This document shows, in pieces, positions 16,352 to 23,757 of a stretch of 64,000 nucleotides of DNA (positions within the stretch are counted from its first letter, which is position 1; every line of letters starts with the position of its first letter). The position numbers were made by a program, and so were the translations under genes. A model generated the notes under the pieces. The model saw only the letters and a program-made list of their open reading frames with translations, was not told the origin of the DNA and ran no database searches. This stretch comes from Candidatus Micrarchaeota archaeon (GTDB lineage: Archaea; Micrarchaeota; Micrarchaeia; Anstonellales; Bilamarchaeaceae): assembly GCA_016212505.1 (NCBI GenBank), contig JACRGB010000010.1:26758-90757 (forward strand), in the 5' to 3' direction.

Positions 16352-16642
16352 TTATGCATCGGGTTTCCAGGTCACATAGACGAGACTGAGCAGCCCGAGT
16401 GCTTCGAGGCCATTAAGAAGGCAGGCAAAATCAGATGACCCGAAAAGGACTTCTTTCATCATGGTAGCCTGGAAGTATATGTTGGCCAAATTATGAAGTA
16501 AAATAAGCAGCGCAAAAATGATCAGGCCAAGGGAAAATTTGGACTTTAGCAAAAGAAAATTACTAATATAGACTGAAAGAAGTGCACCAAGCAATATTAT
16601 GTTAAAGATGCTGATAAATGTTGCAAGATTCCACAAGTCCAT
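16352..16642 (-). CDS. Small membrane protein (3 predicted TM helices)
   Basis: 96-aa hydrophobic ORF, co-directional and downstream of the ArsR-like gene. Confidence 0.5.
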   Translation of the reverse strand: MDLWNLATFISIFNIILLGALLSVYISNFLLLKSKFSLGLIIFALLILLHNLANIYFQATMMKEVLFGSSDFACLLNGLEALGLLSLVYVTWKPDA

Positions 16643-16699
16643 ATACTTACCTCCAAATTGGGCTTTATTATCTTTGCCCCAAATCTCAAATGCCGCTTT

Positions 16700-17005
16700 T
16701 CATTTTTCATTATTCAATCGTTCATTAATGCGCTCTACAAACTGCTTTACCTTTGGCCGGACAAAATCATGAAGATGATAAAGTTCCCCATACCTTGCTT
16801 CTTTTGAAGCGTAGATAATTCCGTTAGAAAGCAGTATCTCCAAATGATGCCGTATGGTCTTATAGTCTAATTTGAGTTTTTGTGCAATCTGATTTGCATT
16901 GTATGGCCTTGGTGAAAGAAGAATGAGGATCTGGAGCCGGTTAGGGCCGCCTCTTGTGCCTGCGATGATATGCCAGAACAAATTATCAAGCGGATCAAGA
17001 ACCAT
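16700..17005 (-). CDS. ArsR/SmtB-like winged-helix transcriptional regulator
   Basis: RLQILILLSPRPYNANQIAQKLKLDYKTIRHHLEILLSNGIIY is a typical wHTH. Confidence 0.75.
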   Translation of the reverse strand: MVLDPLDNLFWHIIAGTRGGPNRLQILILLSPRPYNANQIAQKLKLDYKTIRHHLEILLSNGIIYASKEARYGELYHLHDFVRPKVKQFVERINERLNNEK

Positions 17006-17006
17006 T

Positions 17007-17690
17007 TTATGGCCTCACAACTGTCCTTTTTATTTTCTTGAAAACCGAAACAACCGTAGTTGTTCCTCTTACGAAAAACGGCGCTTTTCTTGTTACAAAT
17101 TTTGCTTTTTTTAATGCTCTTAGAAGAAGCTTCGGATCTTCCGCATCAAGGTCAAAATCTGGCAATTCTGTATATGTGTGGCCAAATTCCATCAAAAAAT
17201 GGCTGTCGGTTGCTGCCCCCTGAAGTTTGTTATGTTTTTTTGCAAAATCCAAAGCCAGATCATTGTAGGAATTGTGGAGGCAGCGTGCATTAAAAATTTC
17301 AACAACATCAACCTTGGATGCTTCCTCTTCAGTGGCATGTACCCCGTTTCTCCCATAATCGAACATGTGGGGGATATAAGCGATACCACCCTGCCCCCTT
17401 ATCCGGTCGAGCGCTTCCATAAATGGGGTTTTTTTCGGGATAGTTTCGGTAAGGTATAGGCCGATAAGATCTCCATGATCAGTACGAATTTCTTCGCCCG
17501 GAATAAATTGAAAATCGCGAAATTTTAAATTTGATTTGACTAGCGAACGGATTTGTTTGTGGGAATCCATTGTGTTGTGATCGGTTATTGCGGGGATTAT
17601 TCGGAGATGTTTTGATTTTGCAATAAGGTCTTTGGGATTGATTATCGAATCAGGGGAAAACTTAGTATGCACGTGGAAGTCGAATCGCAT
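17007..17690 (-). CDS. PHP-domain metal-dependent phosphoesterase (TrpH/YciV-like)
   Basis: MRFDFHVHTKFSPDS, ITDHN, and further His/Asp motifs. The ORF track start at 17750 overlaps the upstream gene; ATG 17690 fits the family N-terminus. Confidence 0.8.
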   Translation of the reverse strand: MRFDFHVHTKFSPDSIINPKDLIAKSKHLRIIPAITDHNTMDSHKQIRSLVKSNLKFRDFQFIPGEEIRTDHGDLIGLYLTETIPKKTPFMEALDRIRGQGGIAYIPHMFDYGRNGVHATEEEASKVDVVEIFNARCLHNSYNDLALDFAKKHNKLQGAATDSHFLMEFGHTYTELPDFDLDAEDPKLLLRALKKAKFVTRKAPFFVRGTTTVVSVFKKIKRTVVRP

Positions 17691-17724
17691 AATGATCCTA
17701 ACTAAATAAACGAGTGGAAGGTTT

Positions 17725-18603
17725 TTAACTTGACGAACTAACGTGGACAATTGGCTCTATCAGGACTTTTTTTGCATTCTCGGAACCGGACATTGTAGTC
17801 TTTGTACCTATGACCTCGTGTCTAAATGTCGCTTCAATAAGCGCGGTTGTTGCAGCAGTGGACGGAGGACGACCAGCCCCAATATCTGCATCCAGGGCAT
17901 TCAAGTCAGTAACTATACAAAACACATACATAGGACCGGAACCGCGCTCAACCCATGCTCCCCTTGCATCCCCAGGAGTAGGATAAATGATAAAACTTTC
18001 AGGGCTTAGTGAATAATCGAGCCCATTGAAAATAAGACGGTGGTGAAGATGGTGGAGGGGCAGTGGTTCAACATCAGTAAGTAGTTTTGTAGCGCAGATT
18101 TGCCTGCCAAGAAGCGAAAAGCCGCCCAACTCCCTCCCTTGTGCGTCCCTGAAAGATAAATCAGGAGCAGCGCCCGGAGGCATACCAACAGGGTTTTCAT
18201 AAGCTATGGAAGCGGCAGCCTCAAGCAAGCGACCAAAAACGCGGTTGCGGGACCTTAATAAATGGGTATTTATTCTTGGAAGATCCCCCTGAACTTCAAG
18301 ATACACTTCTGATAGGATGGAACTATTTAGATCGGGTATCGATTTTGTAAAAGAATATATTGAAGCAACATAGAGATCAGTCAACGCTTCCCTGAGCCCC
18401 TCCCTTGCTACAAAAATCGGAGAACCCAAAGCGATCTCTACCTTAAAGCCAAAAGCTGATTGCGAAAGCGAAGCAAGAGCCTCATAGGATAGAGGAGTAC
18501 TTCTTAATGGCGCTAGATCAGGATGGCTGGCCAGAAGCCTGCAGCTGAGTTTGCCTTTGACAGCAGGAAACTCCGCCCGCATTTTTTCAAGAGTGACAGC
18601 CAT
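17725..18603 (-). CDS. Hypothetical protein (orphan C1), tandem paralog of 18624-19499
   Basis: Aligns by eye with its neighbour: (A/S)FP near the N-terminus, LR(S/A)RN, GRQ(I/L), PL..HHLH, EAT...EV(I/V)G(T/S)KT, PI(V/I)H...SS at the C-terminus. ATG 18603 (MAVTLEKMRAEFP) matches the paralog's start. Confidence 0.6.
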   Translation of the reverse strand: MAVTLEKMRAEFPAVKGKLSCRLLASHPDLAPLRSTPLSYEALASLSQSAFGFKVEIALGSPIFVAREGLREALTDLYVASIYSFTKSIPDLNSSILSEVYLEVQGDLPRINTHLLRSRNRVFGRLLEAAASIAYENPVGMPPGAAPDLSFRDAQGRELGGFSLLGRQICATKLLTDVEPLPLHHLHHRLIFNGLDYSLSPESFIIYPTPGDARGAWVERGSGPMYVFCIVTDLNALDADIGAGRPPSTAATTALIEATFRHEVIGTKTTMSGSENAKKVLIEPIVHVSSSS

Positions 18604-18623
18604 AAAAATCACAAACCAATTGA

Positions 18624-19499
18624 TCAGCTTGAAGTATTGCAATGAATTATCGGGTAGATAGTAATTTCTGTTTTATCTTTACCGCTCGTAACAACAGTCT
18701 TACTGCCAACAACTTCGCTTGCCAGGGTCGCTTCTGCCCAGGCAATAGGATGATCGCGTCCTGGCAGGTTAAAAGTAAAGCGGTCAGGATAAAGACCATC
18801 AAGATTTACAGCCGCATTGAATACAAAAAGTTCGGGTACCTGCAAACTTGCAATCTCCTGCACATCCGCTTCACTGGGACAGATGGTAGTTATGGCATCG
18901 GAGCCTCTTTGCCTGCCGTCTAACATAACCGAAAGATGGAGATGATGGGGCGAGGTCAATGGTATCCAATCCTGCCTAAGAAGGGTATTTAAGAAAAGCT
19001 GGCGGCCGATTATCCGAAATACTATCCTTCCTCCATTTCTCATTTCGAATATGCCTTCGGAATAACCACGGACAGGTTCTTTGGAAGCAGCTACAACAAA
19101 ACGATCCATGTTATTGAGTACAGTACGTAGTATCTGATTTCTGGCCCTTAGCTGGTCCTGGTCCAAAGAGGGCAGGTTTCCCCTTACATTAAGGTATAGT
19201 TCAGTAAGGAAATTAGGGCTCAGGCCGGGACAAATTTGTTTTGGATGGATATAAAAAAGCCCTTGATAAATTTCGAGCAGCCGCTCATGCAAAATGCCCG
19301 TAGAAACTACGATCGGGATGCCGAGCTTGACGCTAACTGGTGGCTGACCCACAATATGTCCTATTGCTTCAACCATGGCACTTCGGCTGCGAAAAGAATG
19401 ATGATCAGCAGAGGTGCGCCCCCTAATATATGCATGGCGAAGGCCATCAGCAACTAGGGGAAAGGATTGCCTCAGGGCATCCAAACTAAGCCTATTCAT
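18624..19499 (-). CDS. Hypothetical protein (orphan C2), tandem paralog of 17725-18603
   Basis: 291-codon ORF with about 23 Arg versus 6 Lys by hand count. Conserved HHLH His cluster. TATA-like ATTAAAATA about 30 nt upstream of the ATG. Confidence 0.6.
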   Translation of the reverse strand: MNRLSLDALRQSFPLVADGLRHAYIRGRTSADHHSFRSRSAMVEAIGHIVGQPPVSVKLGIPIVVSTGILHERLLEIYQGLFYIHPKQICPGLSPNFLTELYLNVRGNLPSLDQDQLRARNQILRTVLNNMDRFVVAASKEPVRGYSEGIFEMRNGGRIVFRIIGRQLFLNTLLRQDWIPLTSPHHLHLSVMLDGRQRGSDAITTICPSEADVQEIASLQVPELFVFNAAVNLDGLYPDRFTFNLPGRDHPIAWAEATLASEVVGSKTVVTSGKDKTEITIYPIIHCNTSS

Positions 19500-19562
19500 T
19501 AGGATAATTCTCTTGAGATCGTATTTTAATTGTTTTGATAAGAGGAAAGTAATGATTACTAA

Positions 19563-19871
19563 TCAGTAAATGGCCCGTTCATTGGTTAATGACGAAACCA
19601 GTTTTTTCGCAAATGACTTAACCAAGCTAAACTTCATCTTTTTCTCGCTTTTGATCATTAGCCTTCCGCTGGCATAAGCACTGATTTCATAGCCATCGAT
19701 TTTTGCCAGGATCACTACTGGAGTTGTAGCCGCAACTTCTCCTAGTTCGGAAAATGCTTGCTCGCACTTTTGCAAATCCAGCTTTTTTCCATTTAATTTA
19801 ATTTCAAAAGCATTTGCAGTGGCGCAGGGCTCAAGAACGTAGTAGTCACCTTCAGGCTCTGGGGGATTCAT
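19563..19871 (-). CDS. Small protein of unknown function, translationally coupled to the E1-like gene
   Basis: ATGA start/stop overlap with the ThiF-like gene at 19868-19871. 102 aa from this start. No C-terminal Gly-Gly. Confidence 0.55.
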   Translation of the reverse strand: MNPPEPEGDYYVLEPCATANAFEIKLNGKKLDLQKCEQAFSELGEVAATTPVVILAKIDGYEISAYASGRLMIKSEKKMKFSLVKSFAKKLVSSLTNERAIY

Positions 19872-20548
19872 CCTAGCTTCGCCCTCCAAAAAGGGTTTTC
19901 TTTTTCCAGATCAAAAAACAATGCATTTGGTGCTTTTGGGTAGGTTTTTCCAGTTATGAAATTGACTGCATAGAGGGCCGCTAGCGAACCGGAAATTGCA
20001 ACTGCCGGGCAGATTATTCTCGAGCAGACTGCGTAGCGTGCCAGTTTGGATTTTTGTTTTGGGATCCCAAAGGCTTTCTCAAAAGAATAATTGATAAAAA
20101 TACTCACTATGCCCCTGGACTTGTTAGCGGAACAAAAAACATATGGGATTTTTCTTGATCTTGCTTCTTGCGCAACTAGAATCCTGGTTGGGACATTGTC
20201 CGAACCATCAAGAACAATATCCGCACCGTTTAGGGAAGATTTGCGGCTAAATTCTTTTTTGCTGGTTATTTTTATCCGGCCGTTTATTGATTTGGCCCGG
20301 GCAATTGCAGAGTTTATTTTTGGTTGGTCTAAAAATTCGTCAGTTGCAAGGATTTGGCGGTTAAAATTCGACAGCTCAAAACGGTCTTTTTCAAAAATAA
20401 CAAAATTTGCTGCCCCCATCCGGACAAGGTTTTCGATGATAAATCCTCCTGTTCCTCCAAGCCCGACAATAGCAAATTTAGCTTTGCTAATTTTGGTCTG
20501 TCCGAGTTTTGAAAATGAGTTACGGAAAAACTTTTCATCATATAGCAT
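19868..20548 (-). CDS. ThiF/MoeB/HesA-family E1-like adenylyltransferase
   Basis: FAIVGLGGTGGFIIENLVRMG (Rossmann nucleotide loop) and SNFNRQ motif. 226 aa (short form). Confidence 0.82.
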   Translation of the reverse strand: MLYDEKFFRNSFSKLGQTKISKAKFAIVGLGGTGGFIIENLVRMGAANFVIFEKDRFELSNFNRQILATDEFLDQPKINSAIARAKSINGRIKITSKKEFSRKSSLNGADIVLDGSDNVPTRILVAQEARSRKIPYVFCSANKSRGIVSIFINYSFEKAFGIPKQKSKLARYAVCSRIICPAVAISGSLAALYAVNFITGKTYPKAPNALFFDLEKENPFWRAKLG

Positions 20549-20573
20549 ATTTCTATCGCTCCGGAATAACGAG

Positions 20574-20966
20574 TTATTTGGAATCGTGGTCCTTCATTTT
20601 CTTCTTTATATCTTTAAGATCGGATTTCGAAGTATCGCTTGTCTGAAGCTCGGTAAGGCTGCGCAATATTTTGAGCCTTTGCTGAAGGTGCGGATCAATG
20701 GTTCGTGCACGTAATGCACCAAGATGGGTTATAACATAAAGAGCAACTGAAATCCCTGTAAAGATCAGGATCATAGCTCCGATTTTACCAATTGAGGTTT
20801 TCGGGGTAAAATCACCATAACCAACTGTTGCTATCGTTACTGTGGTATAGTAAGCTGCATCAAGAAAACTCCAGCCCTCAACATAATGGAAAAAAAGAAT
20901 GGAAATGGCATAAATAATAAGAAGGGTGATTATTGGTATTATAAGCGAACGAACTTCTGGATCCAT
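20574..20966 (-). CDS. Minimal two-TM potassium channel (pore-only)
   Basis: Selectivity filter TVGYGD flanked by two hydrophobic helices. 130 aa, no RCK domain. Confidence 0.82.
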   Translation of the reverse strand: MDPEVRSLIIPIITLLIIYAISILFFHYVEGWSFLDAAYYTTVTIATVGYGDFTPKTSIGKIGAMILIFTGISVALYVITHLGALRARTIDPHLQQRLKILRSLTELQTSDTSKSDLKDIKKKMKDHDSK

Positions 20967-21070
20967 ATAGGATTTCCTATTCAGAGAATATATTAAAATC
21001 TTCTGTAACTTTTTTGAAATTTCTTTCCCATTTAAAACCTTGCGCCCGATGATAAGGCTGATGATTATAT

Positions 21071-22321
21071 ATGGGATTTTCTATTGAATGTTTAGGGGCA
21101 TCACGGGAAGTTGGTAGAAGCGCATTCATGATTCATACAGATAAGCACATAATAACTGATTATGGGATAAAAATTTTTGATGAGAGCGGCCATCCGGTTT
21201 TTCCGATGGAAACCGAGACCGAGCCGGATTTTGCGATCCTTTCGCACGCGCACCTGGACCATTCGGGCTGCCTTCCCCTTCTTTATAAAAATCACAATAT
21301 CAGGTGGTACGGTACACCCCCAACAAAAGACATTTGCGAGTTACTTTGGCAGGATTCGATAAAAATCAGCGAGGGCTTACCATATTCCCCTGCACATTTC
21401 AACAAGGCAATGAAGGCGTTTTCGCCAATGCTCTATGGCCAGACTACGGAGTTTGGCGAGACAAAAATAAAGATGTATGATGCGGGCCATATTGGAGGCT
21501 CAGCAATGGTTGAAATGGAGTATAAGGATAAAGTACTTCTCTACACGGGTGATTTCAAATTAGAAGAATGCCAGATGCACAAGGGTGCAAAAACCATTGA
21601 AAATGTCGATGTCCTTATGATCGAAAGCACTTATGCGCTGCAGGACCATCCCCCAAGAAAAGAAACTGAAAAAAAGTTCATTGAAGAAATTGAGGAAACC
21701 GTGGACAATGGGGGAAACGTTTTGCTCCCTGCTTTTGCGCTAGGAAGGACACAGGAACTCATATCGGTCATTAGGGAATACAACAGGGACGTGCCGATTT
21801 TTGTTGATGGGATGGGCCGCGAAATAGCCAAAATTTATCTGCGATATGGGAAATATATCAAAGATGCACAGACTTTTGGCAAGCAACTGCGAACGGTGAA
21901 CATGATAGCAAGCCCAGCAGACCGAAGGACTGCGACCAAGCAGCCAGGGGTAATAATAAGCAGTGCTGGAATGATGAATGGCGGGCCAATACTGAATTAT
22001 CTGTTTAATGTCAATAGCGAATCCAAAGTCATTTTTACTGGATATTGCGTAAAAGATACGAATGGGTGGAAACTCCAGAACGGCGGGTATATTACAAAAG
22101 ACGGCCAGGACCTGCATGTTGACCTTCCGGTTGAGAAACTGGACTTTTCGGCCCATGCGGGCCGCTCAGAAATATTAAAATTCATTAAGGATGCCGATCC
22201 TAAAAAAATAATCCTGATCCATGGGGATAAGACAGAGGAATTCGCAAAAGAACTAAACGAAGTGCACGGTTATGATGCGGTTGCTCCGATGAGAGGGGAC
22301 CGGATAGATTTTGAAGAGTAA
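21071..22321 (+). CDS. Metallo-beta-lactamase / beta-CASP ribonuclease (aCPSF2-like, no KH domains)
   Basis: HAHLDHSG (HxHxDH) with downstream beta-CASP-type Asp/His motifs. 416 aa. Confidence 0.82.
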   Translation: MGFSIECLGASREVGRSAFMIHTDKHIITDYGIKIFDESGHPVFPMETETEPDFAILSHAHLDHSGCLPLLYKNHNIRWYGTPPTKDICELLWQDSIKISEGLPYSPAHFNKAMKAFSPMLYGQTTEFGETKIKMYDAGHIGGSAMVEMEYKDKVLLYTGDFKLEECQMHKGAKTIENVDVLMIESTYALQDHPPRKETEKKFIEEIEETVDNGGNVLLPAFALGRTQELISVIREYNRDVPIFVDGMGREIAKIYLRYGKYIKDAQTFGKQLRTVNMIASPADRRTATKQPGVIISSAGMMNGGPILNYLFNVNSESKVIFTGYCVKDTNGWKLQNGGYITKDGQDLHVDLPVEKLDFSAHAGRSEILKFIKDADPKKIILIHGDKTEEFAKELNEVHGYDAVAPMRGDRIDFEE

Positions 22322-22333
22322 TCTTGCGGCTAA

Positions 22334-23683
22334 CTAACTTTTCTTCAGGGTTTTTCCTGGCTGCTCCAGAATAATCATCTCTTCCTGGTAAGATAAGTGC
22401 GATTTTACCTTTTGGAACTCCTTGAAAAATCCCATGACCGCTTCTTTGGGGGTGCTGATTTTCCTTTTGACAGTGGCATAAATGGTTTTTTTCTTTATGC
22501 TAAATTTGGACCTAGCATGGCTGGATTTGAAGCTGAGAACATGCTCTTTCATAGAGAGCGGGGGACCTTTTACCAGTTCTGTTGGAGGAAGCTTATCAAG
22601 GCCAAGGGCAACTGCTATCCTGATGATGTGACGGCGGTCATCTGCAAAGATTTCTTTTACCTTAAATTCGCCTAAGACGCTTTCAAGCTGGCCAATCAGT
22701 TTTCGCAACTGGCCCCATAACACATCGTCAACTACATCGGGCCTTGGCAAAGAAATCAGCAATAGCTTCAGTTTCGGGTCCTTGGAAAGCTTGGCAAGGC
22801 GCTCATCAAAGCTCTCGGGTTTTCTCAAGAAGAAATTCGCGGATGGTTTTTTGAGGTATTTTTTGCAAAGAATGGAGAATGCGGACAAATTCTCTGCTGA
22901 AACAGCAGCGGCAACATTGCGGTTCTTATCTGTTGGATCAATAATTACAAAATCACCGAAGCGGGCGAATTGCAGGGCAACGTCTTTTTTGTTTTTATAA
23001 TATTTTTTTAAGTCGATAAATATGCCAGTTATTTTTCCGCTTGTTTTTTTCTTTTCCTTTACTTTTACATTTACGTTGCCTTTTGCTATTTGCTTGCTCC
23101 ATTTGGAAGCTTCTTGCGCGAGCTTCTTGAAACTTCCAAATTTTATTATCAATAATTCACAAAGATAGCCGGAAAAGCCCTGGACTTTTATTTCAGCCCC
23201 ATAAAGCGAGTTCGCCTTCAAAAATGCCTTTAAGAGGAGGACTTCGTCGATCTGTTTTTCCTTAAGGGAGGACTTGACGAACTTGGTGTGGAGTACCGAG
23301 CGGTCGACTGCGCTAAGAAGCTCGCTTGCCTTAGTTATCCTATAGGCAGGGACAAGGTCAACCACCCGCCCTTTTAGCCTGAACCGGACGTAGGGGTGCT
23401 CGGCATAGCTTATCTGATAACCAACCGAAGGGTAAGCGCGGGCAATTATTTTTTTTATTTCACCTTCGAGCTCGCTTTTTGGTGTTGATGAATTGAATAA
23501 TACAAAAATGTCAAGGTCTTTCCCATCCCGAAGGAATGTCCTTTTGGCCACTGAGCCGGTAATAACGACATCGCACCCGGGCGGGCTGGATTTTTGTATG
23601 GCCTGCGCCACTTCTTTTGAAAATTTTATTTCCGCCGCAAGTTCCTCCTTGGAGGGTTTTATGAGCGAGAGTACCGGTTTCAT
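22334..23683 (-). CDS. cca: Archaeal class I CCA-adding enzyme (tRNA nucleotidyltransferase)
   Basis: ITGSVAKRTFLRDGKDLDIFVLF nucleotidyltransferase motif. 449 aa, and the overall sequence is typical of archaeal Cca. Confidence 0.85.
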   Translation of the reverse strand: MKPVLSLIKPSKEELAAEIKFSKEVAQAIQKSSPPGCDVVITGSVAKRTFLRDGKDLDIFVLFNSSTPKSELEGEIKKIIARAYPSVGYQISYAEHPYVRFRLKGRVVDLVPAYRITKASELLSAVDRSVLHTKFVKSSLKEKQIDEVLLLKAFLKANSLYGAEIKVQGFSGYLCELLIIKFGSFKKLAQEASKWSKQIAKGNVNVKVKEKKKTSGKITGIFIDLKKYYKNKKDVALQFARFGDFVIIDPTDKNRNVAAAVSAENLSAFSILCKKYLKKPSANFFLRKPESFDERLAKLSKDPKLKLLLISLPRPDVVDDVLWGQLRKLIGQLESVLGEFKVKEIFADDRRHIIRIAVALGLDKLPPTELVKGPPLSMKEHVLSFKSSHARSKFSIKKKTIYATVKRKISTPKEAVMGFFKEFQKVKSHLSYQEEMIILEQPGKTLKKS

Positions 23684-23757
23684 AGGGGATTCCTTTGCAT
23701 CTTACTTATGATTGCTTGGGAACTAATATTTAAAAACTACAAGATAGGAATCAGCTT

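Noticed and set aside
17007-17690. PHP-domain protein as the missing Mre11 partner of Rad50
   Set aside because: The PHP fold (HxH...DHN motifs) is unrelated to the calcineurin-like Mre11 nuclease, and the gene is 8 kb away in a different gene string.
17725-19499. JAMM/MPN metalloprotease assignment for the tandem paralogs, because of the HHLH cluster next to an E1-like gene
   Set aside because: The spacing does not fit H-x-H-x7-S-x2-D and no upstream catalytic Glu motif is apparent. I kept them as unknown.
19563-19871. Ubiquitin-like/ThiS/MoaD/SAMP identity for the ORF coupled to ThiF
   Set aside because: It has no C-terminal or internal Gly-Gly, and at 102 aa its sequence pattern does not suggest a canonical beta-grasp carrier.
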